From positions 224,001 through 288,000 of the forward strand of contig JBCBUK010000001.1 of the NCBI GenBank assembly GCA_039818205.1: a stretch of DNA of 64,000 bases. Direction: 5' to 3'. Of this stretch, positions 30,785 to 40,994 are shown piece by piece (position 1 is the stretch's first letter; the number at the start of each line of letters is the position of its first letter). The translations under genes and the position numbers were made by a program. Source of the stretch: Verrucomicrobiota bacterium (lineage in GTDB: Bacteria > Verrucomicrobiota > Verrucomicrobiia > Opitutales > Cerasicoccaceae). The notes below the pieces were generated by a model, which worked only from the letters and a program-made list of their open reading frames with translations, searched no databases and was not told the origin of the DNA.

Positions 30785-32197
30785 CTAAGCGCGCATTGCT
30801 TTTAGTTTCTCATAGGCAAAGAGTGCGCGGGCGCGGCCTTCTTTGTGGTCAACAATCGGATCTGGGTAGTCCTTATCGCGCACCTTCCACGGTTCGTGAA
30901 TTACTTCAGTGGATAGATGGGCAATCTCGGGAATCCAATGCCGAACATAATCTCCATCGGGGTCGAACTTCTTACCCTGCAAGATTGGATTGAACACGCG
31001 GAAGTACGGAGAGGCATCCGCACCACATCCGGCAGTCCACTGCCACCCTTGGGTATTACTTGCTAGGTCAGCATCAACCAAGGTATCCCAAAACCATCGG
31101 GCTCCTTCTCGCCAGTGAATCTGAAGGTGTTTTACCAGGAGCGAAGCGACCACCATTCGCACACGATTATGCATCCAACCGGTTGCCCAAAGCTCTCGCA
31201 TACCCGCATCCACGATCGGGTACCCGGTCGCACCTTTTTGCCAGGCACCCAGGAATTCCTCATTTAACGTCCAAGGGAAATGAGCGAACTCCTCCCTCAA
31301 CGGCTCGTCCGGTAAGTGTGGAAAATGATAGAGCAAATGATAAGAGAACTCTCTCCAACCGATCTCTGCTAGATATTTTCGCGCACTTTTTTGGTTGGTT
31401 GTGCCATGTCGCTCGAAAGCCGCGAACACCTCTCGGGGACCAATCTGTCCCCAATGGAGAAATGGAGAAAGCTTCGAAGTACCGTTGCAATCCGGACGGT
31501 CTCGCATTGTCGCATAGTCAGCCGCACCCACTGACGCAAACACCTCGAGGCGTTCGCGCACTGATTTCGCGGTCGGTTCCCAAAATTCATAGAAACCATG
31601 ATCCCAATTAATAGTCGGCAAAAGATTCAGCTCACCAATCGCGAGCGAACGAATCCCGTGGTCGAATCCACGAGCCTCTTTGATATCTACCGTTACGGGT
31701 TCCGGTCTAAGCTGAAACAAGCAATGCTTCCAATAGGGCGTGAACACTTGAAAGGGTTTGCCGGCTTTGTTTTTTATCTCCCATGGCTCAAACAACAGCG
31801 CAGCGTTAAAGCTCTGAACGTCGCAGCCATCAGCACTGAGAGCGGTTTTGATTTTCTGATCGCGCTGGATTACCTGTGGCTCGTATCGACGATTCCAATA
31901 AACCGCGCCACCTCCCGTATCGGCAAGAACGGCTTTCAGGACTTCGTGCGAAGGCCCCTTATGGATGACCAGCTTTAGGCCGATTGCTTCAAGCTCATTC
32001 TTAAGATCACTCAGCGCATGATGGAGCCACCAACGCGATGCCCCACCTAATCGCCAATCTCCTTCGCCGTTCTCATCGAGAATAAACAGAGCAACAATCG
32101 GCTCACTACGCATAATGGCGGCCTGTAAAGCTGGATTATCGGTAACTCGTAGGTCGGTACGAAACCATAGAATGGTAGGAGATTGGACAGGGCTCAC
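30785..32197 (-). CDS. CPD (deoxyribodipyrimidine) photolyase
   Basis: WFRTDLRVTDNPAL, TSKLSPFLHWG, WMHNRVRM, GWQWTAGCGADASPYFRVFNP. Upstream TTGCAG-N17-CATGTT-N6-GTG. Confidence 0.95.
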   Translation of the reverse strand: MSPVQSPTILWFRTDLRVTDNPALQAAIMRSEPIVALFILDENGEGDWRLGGASRWWLHHALSDLKNELEAIGLKLVIHKGPSHEVLKAVLADTGGGAVYWNRRYEPQVIQRDQKIKTALSADGCDVQSFNAALLFEPWEIKNKAGKPFQVFTPYWKHCLFQLRPEPVTVDIKEARGFDHGIRSLAIGELNLLPTINWDHGFYEFWEPTAKSVRERLEVFASVGAADYATMRDRPDCNGTSKLSPFLHWGQIGPREVFAAFERHGTTNQKSARKYLAEIGWREFSYHLLYHFPHLPDEPLREEFAHFPWTLNEEFLGAWQKGATGYPIVDAGMRELWATGWMHNRVRMVVASLLVKHLQIHWREGARWFWDTLVDADLASNTQGWQWTAGCGADASPYFRVFNPILQGKKFDPDGDYVRHWIPEIAHLSTEVIHEPWKVRDKDYPDPIVDHKEGRARALFAYEKLKAMRA

Positions 32198-32298
32198 CCG
32201 CGAAACATGGGTTAGTTCACCTTAGTCTGCAACCGGGCTGGCCTTTTTTTGCCTCAATTGGACACCAACACTTTGGGGAGCAAAGTTCCAAAAACATC

Positions 32299-32685
32299 TC
32301 AAGGATTCGCCCGAAGCCTTTTAGGCAGGAACAAAATAAAGCTTTGCGCAACAAGCATTGCGGTGAGGTAAAAGAATAACCACTCCTCAATTGGAACACC
32401 AAAAGGTTTCAGCAGGAAATAGATGAGTCCGTTGGGTTTCTCACTCAAGTAACCCGCCAGTATTAGCTGCTCATCGAAGTGCCATACGTGAAATGAAACG
32501 GCTACGATGTCCGTAAGGATAAGGTAGGTTCCTAGAATGAGGGTCGGCCCGAAGACCGCTCTACGATTGGCCCACAGTAATTTTGGAAATCCGAGCCACT
32601 GCAAAAGCACAATACCACCAATCCACGCCACGAGGTGAAACGCGTAATACCATTGGCCTGGCAGCCACTGTGAGTAAATATCCAC
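32299..32685 (-). CDS. Lycopene cyclase domain membrane protein (CrtYc/Yd-like)
   Basis: Hydrophobic; D...WHF...GVPIEEWLFF motif. Start placed at GTG 32685 from promoter geometry; the ORF track starts at TTG 32724. Confidence 0.75.
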   Translation of the reverse strand: MDIYSQWLPGQWYYAFHLVAWIGGIVLLQWLGFPKLLWANRRAVFGPTLILGTYLILTDIVAVSFHVWHFDEQLILAGYLSEKPNGLIYFLLKPFGVPIEEWLFFYLTAMLVAQSFILFLPKRLRANP

Positions 32686-32735
32686 GAGTCCGAATAAAGT
32701 AGGTGCGAACAAAAGAGCAACCAAGAGAACGAGTT

Positions 32736-32771
32736 AAAAAAATTCCGTCACGCATGGACACGTGACGGAAT
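32736..32771 (-). terminator. Intrinsic terminator of the RHH gene
   Basis: ATTCCGTCACG...CGTGACGGAAT stem followed by a T run on the minus strand. Confidence 0.8.
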
Positions 32772-32824
32772 CTTCTAAACGCCTTTGGGGGAAGCGAGGT
32801 ATACAGGACTAAGCCTATATTTGT

Positions 32825-33037
32825 TTACTTAGTTTTCTTATTACGGAAGCGCTTCTTCGGCTCAGCAACAACAACCTCGGTTTCAGCCAATTCCTCAAGG
32901 TGAGTTGCTATAAAGTTCGACCGATTGCGGTTTTCCGTAGCAGCAAGACGATCGATTTTATCAACCAGGCTTTGTGGGAGACTGATCGAGATTTGAGTTT
33001 TGCCGGGCGCGCGCCCGTGAGTTTGTTTTTTAGCCAT
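32825..33037 (-). CDS. Ribbon-helix-helix (CopG-like) DNA-binding protein
   Basis: 70 aa; TQISISLPQSLVDKIDRLAATENRNRSNFI. Confidence 0.85.
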   Translation of the reverse strand: MAKKQTHGRAPGKTQISISLPQSLVDKIDRLAATENRNRSNFIATHLEELAETEVVVAEPKKRFRNKKTK

Positions 33038-33269
33038 AGTCTAGTTTTATTGTTAATCAGGAGCGATATTCTTACAGTTTTTGGACTTCGCTAACCAATC
33101 ACCAAATGGCAATTAGGTTAAGCTATGCACCAATTACTTTATAAAATCGGCACAAATGCAAATCCCCATAACCATAAAATGTAACGGTTAAACCCAGAAT
33201 ATCAAATGGGCAAACCGTTTTTTTCAACTAACCGTGGCTAATTTTCTTTCAAAAAGAGACGCGCTCTCA

Positions 33270-34148
33270 CTAACCGTAAATCGAAAGAAGCGTGTCACCA
33301 ATCTCTGAAGGCGTGGGAGCAACCGCGATTCCAGCATCTTTTAGCGCAGCAATCTTGGTCTCAGCACTTCCACTAGAACCGGATACAATAGCACCCGCGT
33401 GTCCCATCCGACGCCCTGGAGGTGCCGTTGTTCCCGCGATAAAAGCAGCAACCGGCTTCTTGACGTATTCTTTAATGTAAGCTGCGGCCTCTTCTTCAGC
33501 GGATCCACCAATCTCACCAATCAAGATGATGGCTTCGGTTTCAGGGTCCTCATTAAAAAGCTTAACGGCATCCAAGTGACTGGTGCCATTGATGGGGTCA
33601 CCGCCGATGCCAATGCAGGTGCTCTGACCGTGCCCACGCTGAGTCAATTGATAAACGGCTTCGTAAGTAAGTGTACCAGAACGGCTCACGACACCAACTT
33701 TGCCAGGCTGGGCAATGTATCCAGGCATAATACCAATATTACACTCACCCGGAGTCATCACACCAGGGCAATTTGGCCCAATGAGGCGCGTCCGGCCGTT
33801 GGACTTCTTCAAAGCGTCCTTCACGGGCATCATATCACGGACCGGGATACCCTCGGTGATGCAAATCACCAACTCAATGCCGGCATCAATCGCTTCCAAA
33901 ATAGAATCGGCTGCAAACAATGGCGGAACAAAAATGACTGAGGTGTTCGCCCCCTCCTTCTCCACCGCTTCATGGACAGAGTTAAATACGGGCAGTTTAT
34001 CTTCCCAGGTGAGTCCACCCTTGCCTGGAGTTACCGCAGCTACGTAATTCGAGCCGTAGGCGATATTGTTTAAAGCATGCTTGGTTCCCTCGCGACCGGT
34101 AATTCCCTGGCCAACGATACGGGTATCTTTTCCAACTAGAACGCTCAT
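33270..34148 (-). CDS. sucD: Succinyl-CoA synthetase alpha subunit
   Basis: [29 protein letters not shown]. Confidence 0.98.
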   Translation of the reverse strand: MSVLVGKDTRIVGQGITGREGTKHALNNIAYGSNYVAAVTPGKGGLTWEDKLPVFNSVHEAVEKEGANTSVIFVPPLFAADSILEAIDAGIELVICITEGIPVRDMMPVKDALKKSNGRTRLIGPNCPGVMTPGECNIGIMPGYIAQPGKVGVVSRSGTLTYEAVYQLTQRGHGQSTCIGIGGDPINGTSHLDAVKLFNEDPETEAIILIGEIGGSAEEEAAAYIKEYVKKPVAAFIAGTTAPPGRRMGHAGAIVSGSSGSAETKIAALKDAGIAVAPTPSEIGDTLLSIYG

Positions 34149-34179
34149 GATATCAAATAGTTAAAGGATTAGAAATTGC

Positions 34180-35373
34180 TTAGGCTTTTTGATCCGCGAC
34201 CAACTTAACGATTTTTTGGGCCGCGTCCGCCAATGAATCGGCCGGGGTGAGCGCCAAACCGCTATCCGAAAGCGCCTGCTTTCCCTCAGCAACCGAGTTG
34301 CCTTCCAACCGCACAACCAGAGGAACGGTAATGTCGACGTTCTTTGCCGCCTCAATAATGCCGTCCGCGATCGTCTTACAGCTCATAATCCCACCGAAAA
34401 TATTCACCAGGATGCCTTCCACGTTTGGATCGCTCAGGATAATCTTGAATGCCTCGGTGACCTGATCAGCATTCGCCCCGCCACCAACATCAAGAAAGTT
34501 AGCAGGATTGCCACCGTAGTGCTTAATAATGTCCATCGTGGCCATCGCCAATCCCGCTCCATTGACCAGACAGGCAATATTTCCATCCAAGGCAATGTAG
34601 CTTAGACCGGCGTCCGACGCGCGGACCTCCTTGGGATCCTCCTCGCCGAGGTCGCGCAAAGCCTTGATATCAGGCTGGCGGGCCAAAGCGTTGCTGTCGA
34701 AATTCACCTTCGCGTCAAGCGCCAAAATATCGCCAGCAGGAGTCGTGATCAGCGGATTGATCTCCGCCATCGAACAATCCGTGTCCCAGAACATGCGGTA
34801 AAGACCAGTCAGCAACTTATCGAGCTGCTTCAACTGAGCCTTGTCCGAAAATCCCAGACCAAATGCAATCTGGCGCTTATGGAACGGCATGATGCCGGTC
34901 GCAGGGTCGATCAACACCCGAATAATTTTCTCCGGACTCTCCTCGGCCACAGTTTCGATATCCACACCGCCTTCGGTCGAGGCAATGATCACTGGCTTAC
35001 TCGTTGCGCGGTCGAGCAGGATCGCCAGGTAGTATTCCTTTTGAATGTCGCTCGCCTCCGTAAAGTAGACCGTCTTGACCTCACGACCTTCAGGGCCCGT
35101 CTGGTGAGTGACGAGGGTGTTACCCAACATGCTCTTGGCAGCTTCAATAGCCTCGCCTCGGGGGAGAACCTTGACGCCACCCTTATAACCATCGGTGAAG
35201 GTGCCCTTACCGCGACCTCCGGCGTGGATCTGAGACTTCACCACAATAGTGTCGCCTTCGATAGATGCCAACGCGGACTCAAAATCGGCCTCACTCTGGG
35301 CCGCTTGACCGCCGGGAACGGCGATACCGAATTGGGAGAACAGTTCTTTCGCTTGATACTCGTGAATATTCAT
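34180..35373 (-). CDS. sucC: Succinyl-CoA synthetase beta subunit
   Basis: [38 protein letters not shown]. Confidence 0.98.
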   Translation of the reverse strand: MNIHEYQAKELFSQFGIAVPGGQAAQSEADFESALASIEGDTIVVKSQIHAGGRGKGTFTDGYKGGVKVLPRGEAIEAAKSMLGNTLVTHQTGPEGREVKTVYFTEASDIQKEYYLAILLDRATSKPVIIASTEGGVDIETVAEESPEKIIRVLIDPATGIMPFHKRQIAFGLGFSDKAQLKQLDKLLTGLYRMFWDTDCSMAEINPLITTPAGDILALDAKVNFDSNALARQPDIKALRDLGEEDPKEVRASDAGLSYIALDGNIACLVNGAGLAMATMDIIKHYGGNPANFLDVGGGANADQVTEAFKIILSDPNVEGILVNIFGGIMSCKTIADGIIEAAKNVDITVPLVVRLEGNSVAEGKQALSDSGLALTPADSLADAAQKIVKLVADQKA

Positions 35374-35484
35374 GGGATTTAGTGCAGCTGGGTGGCTGAG
35401 TGTTTGATCAAGCCAGTTTTTGGCAATGTTATTCTGAATGAAAACGTCTGTTTTTGCGCGTTTTTATCGGAGTTGATTCAATTT

Positions 35485-35531
35485 AAAATGAACCAACGTT
35501 CATTTTTCGATCAGCCTACTAAAAAATGAAC
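35485..35531. promoter_or_regulatory. Palindrome plus third half-site upstream of sucC
   Basis: AAAATGAAC-caac-GTTCATTTT at 35485-35506 and AAAATGAAC again at 35523-35531. Confidence 0.45.
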
Positions 35532-35533
35532 AA

Positions 35534-36271
35534 CTAACCTCCAGATATAATTGAATCCTGAATTTGTGAGATCTCGACGATGCCTTTTTTTGCAAGGGAA
35601 AGCAATCGATCGAGCTGCTCCTGGGAAAAAGTCGCCTCCTCGCCCGATCCTTGAACTTCAACAAATTGACCCTCGTTGGTCATCACCACGTTGAAATCGA
35701 CCTCCGCGTCACGGTCTTCGACGTAGGGCAAATCTAAGACCTCTAGCCCTTGCCAGACACCGACGCTCACCGCAGCCACCGAACTCGGGATAGGGTCCTC
35801 CGCCAAAACACCATCTTCGATCAAGCGTTTCACCGCGAGCTTGGCGGCAACGTAGGCCCCCGAAATCGATGCGGTTCGCGTTCCTCCATCGGCTTGGAGG
35901 ACATCACAGTCAATCCAGAGCGTCATGCCCGGAAGCTTCTTCAAATCCACCACGGCGCGCATCGAGCGCCCGATCAGGCGTTGGATTTCGATAGTGCGGC
36001 CGTCAACCCTTCCGCGAGAGCTGTCCCGCGCCTTTCGATCGAGGGTCGAGTACGGAAGCATCGAGTACTCGGCGGTAATCCAGCCACCGTCAACTCCTTG
36101 GGACGACATCCAACCGGGGACGCGCTTCTCAATGGTTGCTCCGCAGATCACGCGAGTATTGCCGAAACTCACCAGGACAGAGCCCGTTGCATTTGGCGCA
36201 ATGCCAGGTTCAAAAGAAATGGGACGAAGTTGGTCGACCAGGCGACCATCTAAACGAATGTTATCAGTCAT
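35534..36271 (-). CDS. rph: Ribonuclease PH
   Basis: GWITAEYSMLP, GRTIEIQRLIGRS, DVLQADGGTRTAS. Confidence 0.97.
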   Translation of the reverse strand: MTDNIRLDGRLVDQLRPISFEPGIAPNATGSVLVSFGNTRVICGATIEKRVPGWMSSQGVDGGWITAEYSMLPYSTLDRKARDSSRGRVDGRTIEIQRLIGRSMRAVVDLKKLPGMTLWIDCDVLQADGGTRTASISGAYVAAKLAVKRLIEDGVLAEDPIPSSVAAVSVGVWQGLEVLDLPYVEDRDAEVDFNVVMTNEGQFVEVQGSGEEATFSQEQLDRLLSLAKKGIVEISQIQDSIISGG

Positions 36272-36309
36272 AGATTGGCGTAACGATTTACAGCTTGGCT
36301 TCTAGAAAC

Positions 36310-36354
36310 AAAAAACTCCGGACGGTTTTCCAATGAAAAACCACAATCCGGAGT
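36310..36354 (-). terminator. Terminator-like hairpin after the DUF481 gene
   Basis: ACTCCGGA...TCCGGAGT stem, T run on the minus strand. Confidence 0.6.
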
Positions 36355-36376
36355 GTAAATGGAACAAAAACTTACC

Positions 36377-37402
36377 TTAGTAGGGTATGCCTAGGCCGAA
36401 GATAAGTTGTTGCTCTTTCTTTGTGCCTCCGGTGCCAACTGTATTATCAAAGTCCAGCTGGTAAGCGACAGTGGCGTCAATCCAGTCACCGAGCTTACTG
36501 ATCAATGCCGCCCGGAACATGTATTGGTAATCACTGGTATCCGCTGGAGCGACACTTGCCGATGCCGACTGTTCGAAGCGAACAATTTCGCTGAACTGAT
36601 ACATGAAATCCTCTTTCAGCGTTGCGAGGTGGAACCATTTTTCAGAAACACCTTCCGCATCCTTATACTGCAGGGTGTAAGCCGGGATAACGGTCAATGT
36701 CATGTGCTCCTCGCGGAGGATTCGGAAACCAATACCAAGATCCAAATCAGCTTGGTGACGGATGTCTTTCACCTGATCGCGCAGATACTTCAGATCCGAG
36801 TTAAAGAAAATCCATTCATTAAAGTCGCGGTCGTAGCCAACACCCGCACCGTATTTGTCCAAATTCTTATTAAACGTTCCATTGGTCTGCTCCTGACGGT
36901 TGTAGTCATAGAACATGTTGAAGCGGTAATGATTCGGTGCCGCATCTTTTTTACCATCCAAGCCAAACTTGATTGCGAGCGATTCGGTGTCGGTCTCAAT
37001 ATAGGTCATGCCGAAAGAGAGCTTACCGGTCCATCCCTCTGGAACGACGCTGTCCACCCAATCCTGAGCTTCCTTGATCGAAGCAGTGACGGCATCGATC
37101 TCTTCTTGATCCTCTTCGGTGACGGTTTCGTCCGCAGCTGGAGCATCAGCGTCAGCCGCGATTTCATCGGCGGTTGCCGCCGCATCAGCCACGCTTGGAC
37201 CGGGATCCATCTGAACCGTCGCCTTTTCGGCCGAAACGGAAATATTACCTAAGAGTGGCGAATTAAAGGTAATGACACCGTCTTGGTCACTCACGAAGGT
37301 TCCGGAGATTCGATCTCCGTTATCCAGAATGAGCATATCAGTCGCGTGAGCCGCCGAAGAGACGAGTAGCGCGGAAGTCAATAGGAGTATCTGACGCAGC
37401 AT
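36377..37402 (-). CDS. DUF481-like outer-membrane beta-barrel protein
   Basis: Signal peptide, LDNGDRISG N-domain, amphipathic strands, terminal aromatic residue (FGLGIPY). Confidence 0.8.
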   Translation of the reverse strand: MLRQILLLTSALLVSSAAHATDMLILDNGDRISGTFVSDQDGVITFNSPLLGNISVSAEKATVQMDPGPSVADAAATADEIAADADAPAADETVTEEDQEEIDAVTASIKEAQDWVDSVVPEGWTGKLSFGMTYIETDTESLAIKFGLDGKKDAAPNHYRFNMFYDYNRQEQTNGTFNKNLDKYGAGVGYDRDFNEWIFFNSDLKYLRDQVKDIRHQADLDLGIGFRILREEHMTLTVIPAYTLQYKDAEGVSEKWFHLATLKEDFMYQFSEIVRFEQSASASVAPADTSDYQYMFRAALISKLGDWIDATVAYQLDFDNTVGTGGTKKEQQLIFGLGIPY

Positions 37403-37565
37403 ATCGGCAACGAAGTTGGATAAGCTTTCGTTATTTTCAACCAAAATCTGCAGTTACATTGTAAACGAATTATTTCGGGGAATCGCGACCGAGGGTTGAC
37501 GGCAAGCGGCTCAGCACCATTATTTACTCGCTTCAGCACCAGATTCTCTTCTGAAAAGGATACTT

Positions 37566-38963
37566 ATGGCGGAAACAAGCACCTATGACTTAGTAGTAAT
37601 CGGCGGCGGACCAGCAGGCTACGCTGGCGCTATTCGCGCGGGGCAACTCGGCAAGAAAGTTGCCTGTGTGGAAATGGAACGAGCGGGTGGTACTTGCCTG
37701 AACTGGGGCTGTATCCCATCTAAGGCCCTCTTGAAAAGCGCCGAGCTCTATCAGAAGATGTTGCACGCCGACGAGTTCGGTTTCACCTGTGGTAAAATCG
37801 ATGTCGACTTTCCAAAGGTCGTTGAACGCTCTCGTGGCGTGGCTGACCAGATGGCCAAAGGAATTGAATTTCTCTTCAAGAAGAACAAAGTCGACTACAT
37901 CAATGGCCAGGCGCAAATCAGCGTTCCCGGCATGGTCGAGATCCTTTCCGGCGATCGCAAAGGCGAATTTCTTTCCGCAAAGAATATTCTGGTAGCGACC
38001 GGTTGCCGTGCGCGCATGTTGCCTGGTCTTGAAAAAGATGGCAAACAGGTGATGACCGCCCGAGAGATTCTGGATCGCCGCGACTTGCCCAAAAGCTGCA
38101 TCGTACTGGGTGCGGGTGCCATCGGGATGGAGTTTGCCTACTTTTTGAATGCATTCGGTTGCGAAGTCACCGTGCTTGAGATGATGGACCGCGTACTTCC
38201 CGTCGAGGACAACGACGTTTCCCGCTTCGTGGATAAGTCGTTCAAAAAACAAGGCGTGAAGGTAATGACCAACACCAAGGCCGAAGATATCAAGGTCCTC
38301 AAAAGCAAGGTCACGCTCAATGCGGTAAAGGGAGAAGAAACCGAGAAGCTCGAAGCCGAATCAATCTTGGTCGCGATCGGCGTCCAGGCCAATACAGATC
38401 AGCTACTTTCCAATCGAGTGAAGCTCGAGATGAACCGCAACTACATCAAGGTTGACGAGCACTACCGCACCAGCGTTCAGGGCATCTACGCAGCTGGTGA
38501 TATCATCGGGCCACCATGGCTCGCTCACGTCGCGACTTACGAAGCAGTCCAAGCCGTCAATGGCATGTTCGGTAGCGGCGAGCCCCGCCCCTACGAGCGC
38601 TTCCCCGGTTGCACCTACTGCCAGCCACAGGTTGCTAGCATTGGCCTAACCGAGCGTGATGTAAAAGAAAAGGGCATCGCCTACAAAGTTGGCAAATTTC
38701 CGTTCACTGCCTCCGGTAAAGCAGTTGCCGCAAAGGAATCGGATGGTTTCGTTAAACTGATTGTTTCCGAGCCAGAGGGAGAAATCCTCGGCGCGCACAT
38801 CACGGGCGCAGAGGCCACTGAGCTCATCGCAGAATACGCGCTGGGCATGGAACTCGAAGCGACCTGGGAAGAGATTCACGGCACGATTCACGCGCACCCG
38901 ACCCTGTCGGAAGCGCTGATGGAAGCGGCGGCAGCGACCCACAACGAAGCGATCCACATTTAA
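37566..38963 (+). CDS. lpdA: Dihydrolipoyl dehydrogenase
   Basis: IGGGPAGY, GGTCLNWGCIPSK, HAHPTLSE. Confidence 0.97.
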   Translation: MAETSTYDLVVIGGGPAGYAGAIRAGQLGKKVACVEMERAGGTCLNWGCIPSKALLKSAELYQKMLHADEFGFTCGKIDVDFPKVVERSRGVADQMAKGIEFLFKKNKVDYINGQAQISVPGMVEILSGDRKGEFLSAKNILVATGCRARMLPGLEKDGKQVMTAREILDRRDLPKSCIVLGAGAIGMEFAYFLNAFGCEVTVLEMMDRVLPVEDNDVSRFVDKSFKKQGVKVMTNTKAEDIKVLKSKVTLNAVKGEETEKLEAESILVAIGVQANTDQLLSNRVKLEMNRNYIKVDEHYRTSVQGIYAAGDIIGPPWLAHVATYEAVQAVNGMFGSGEPRPYERFPGCTYCQPQVASIGLTERDVKEKGIAYKVGKFPFTASGKAVAAKESDGFVKLIVSEPEGEILGAHITGAEATELIAEYALGMELEATWEEIHGTIHAHPTLSEALMEAAAATHNEAIHI

Positions 38964-39027
38964 GCCTTCTAATGTCGTGCGGGCTGAGACTCTTGTAATT
39001 TCGGCCCGCAATTGACTGCCTTCGACC

Positions 39028-39660
39028 ATGACTCGATTCATCGTCATCCGCCATGGCGAGACTGAATGGAATGTTCAGCATCGCTACCAGGGCCAGTTGG
39101 ATTCCCCGCTAACGAAAAAGGGTGTCACTCAGGCTGAAGCAATCGCTGAACGACTGGCAGATTTCTCTTTTGATCGCCTAATCTCCAGTGACCTGGGACG
39201 CGCAGTTGATACCGCCGCCAAGATTGCCGCAAAGCACCCTAACCTCCCCTGGGAGAAAGATGCTAACCTGCGTGAACGCAATTTCGGCGTCCTGGCGGCA
39301 TTGACGCGCTCTGAAGCGGCCGAAAAGCTTCCCCGGGAGGAGGATGGCTACCTCAACGGTGGGGCTGATTTTCGGATTCCGGACGGCGAGAGTTTGCGAG
39401 ACGTTTATCTCCGATCCAGGCAAGCTTTTGACTATTGGGCGGAGGTCTGCGAGGGACAAACCGTCTGTGTCGTAACCCATGGCGGCCTCCTGGGAATGTT
39501 TTTGCGAAACGTCTTGGGCATCCCGGTAGAATCCGATCGCGCCTACAAATTCGTCAACGCAGCGTACAATGAATTTACCTACGAAGATGGAGCCTGGATC
39601 TTGCACGTTTGGGGTGATATAACCCACTTGGCGACCATCGGGGCGATCGACGATCTGTAG
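39028..39660 (+). CDS. Histidine phosphatase family protein
   Basis: IRHGETEWN, SSDLGRA, VTHGG. Confidence 0.92.
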   Translation: MTRFIVIRHGETEWNVQHRYQGQLDSPLTKKGVTQAEAIAERLADFSFDRLISSDLGRAVDTAAKIAAKHPNLPWEKDANLRERNFGVLAALTRSEAAEKLPREEDGYLNGGADFRIPDGESLRDVYLRSRQAFDYWAEVCEGQTVCVVTHGGLLGMFLRNVLGIPVESDRAYKFVNAAYNEFTYEDGAWILHVWGDITHLATIGAIDDL

Positions 39661-39728
39661 GTTCTGCGAATGAAAAGCGAACTGCCCGCTTGACAGAACC
39701 TGAACCCACGGCTTTTTTCTGACTGCTT

Positions 39729-39968
39729 ATGGCTGATATCAACGACAAATGGCCTGAAAATATTGCAGGTAAGTTTTACGTAGACGAGCAATGCATCGAT
39801 TGTGATCTTTGCCGGGAAACAGCTCCCGACTTCTTCGCTCGCAGCGACGATGGCGGGTATTCCTACGTTATCAAGCAACCCGAGTCATCCGATGACGTGG
39901 ATCTATGCATGGAGGCCCTGGAGGGCTGCCCAGTTGAAGCCATTGGTGACGACGGTGACGAAGGCTAA
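39729..39968 (+). CDS. Ferredoxin (single Fe-S cluster)
   Basis: CIDCDLC...CPVEAIG. Confidence 0.92.
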   Translation: MADINDKWPENIAGKFYVDEQCIDCDLCRETAPDFFARSDDGGYSYVIKQPESSDDVDLCMEALEGCPVEAIGDDGDEG

Positions 39969-40083
39969 GTTCCTTGTCACCAGTCACATTTCAAACGCCC
40001 CGATCGAAGTTCGAAGCCCCGAATTTTAGCGTGGCTTACTAAATTTTGTTTGCGGATAAGGCCTACCTGAATAGACATTAAGT

Positions 40084-40230
40084 ATGGGTTCATCGAAGTA
40101 TACCCGCACCAATATACGTCGAGTTCGCAAACGGAGAAAAAATTTCGCCCCCTGGTTATTGGCCACCGGTGGGCTAGTTCTCATTGTGGTTGCTGCCTGG
40201 GCCTACTGGATTCTCCGCCTGAAACCCTGA
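40084..40230 (+). CDS. Small single-pass membrane protein (48 aa)
   Basis: Not in the ORF track. MGSSKYTRTNIRRVRKRRKNFAPWLLATGGLVLIVVAAWAYWILRLKP: polybasic N-terminus plus one TM helix; sits in an otherwise empty gap. Confidence 0.55.
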   Translation: MGSSKYTRTNIRRVRKRRKNFAPWLLATGGLVLIVVAAWAYWILRLKP

Positions 40231-40309
40231 AGCCGGGATAGGATATCCGGTAGACTCAGCTGAAACGCAATCTTCCCGGGCAAGCAGTTGATCAAGCCTG
40301 GCAATTGGC

Positions 40310-40930
40310 TCATTCCAAACTGCGGAGATAATAGGCCAGATTCTCCATTGCCTCCTGGTCTTCGAGCAACATGGCAAACGGACGCATCATAGCGCCCTCT
40401 CGATCCTCCGCATGAGCACCGCGGACCCCAGATTTAAACTTTTCGAGCTGCGCGACGACATACCAATCGTTTAATCCTGCCAATTTTGGAGCTTTCAATG
40501 CATTGTTGCCCTCGCCCTTCGCTCCGTGGCAGGCGACACAATTTTGATAGAGCTTTTGGCCCGCTTGGACATTTCCCTTCTTCAACGTGTGGTTGGATTT
40601 GAGCTCCAAGCTAGCAAGGTAACTCGCGACATCAGAAATCGCCTGCTCCGACAAAGACCGACTAACTGGAGCCATGATTTTTCCGGCGTCGTCTTCCTGG
40701 TGTGCACCGCGAACACCGTTGCGAAATTTTCTTAGCTGCATCTCCAAATACCAACGCTCTCGCCCAGCTATATTTGGCGCCTGTCGCTGTTTACTCCCCT
40801 CGCCGTCAGTACCATGGCAGGAACGGCAATCCTCATAGATAAACACGGACCGACCACGTGAAACCGGATCAAAGGCCGACGCAATTGGAAGCATTCCACT
40901 AAGGAACCAAGCCAATAGCAATAGGCGCAT
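40310..40930 (-). CDS. Di-heme cytochrome c (c4/c553-like)
   Basis: Signal peptide; CRSCH and CVACH; APNIAG and APKLAG. Confidence 0.9.
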   Translation of the reverse strand: MRLLLLAWFLSGMLPIASAFDPVSRGRSVFIYEDCRSCHGTDGEGSKQRQAPNIAGRERWYLEMQLRKFRNGVRGAHQEDDAGKIMAPVSRSLSEQAISDVASYLASLELKSNHTLKKGNVQAGQKLYQNCVACHGAKGEGNNALKAPKLAGLNDWYVVAQLEKFKSGVRGAHAEDREGAMMRPFAMLLEDQEAMENLAYYLRSLE

Positions 40931-40994
40931 GCAGTCGGACATCCGCCGAGAAATCCAAGCCATTGAGGGAATATTAGCGAATGATCCTTAACCG

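Noticed and set aside
32561..32761. Frameshift at the T run joining an upstream ORF to the lycopene cyclase gene
   Set aside because: The T run is the tail of the RHH terminator, and the cyclase gene has its own promoter-like element and start.
32825..33037. RHH gene as part of a toxin-antitoxin pair
   Set aside because: No adjacent toxin-like ORF; a terminator follows shortly after the stop.
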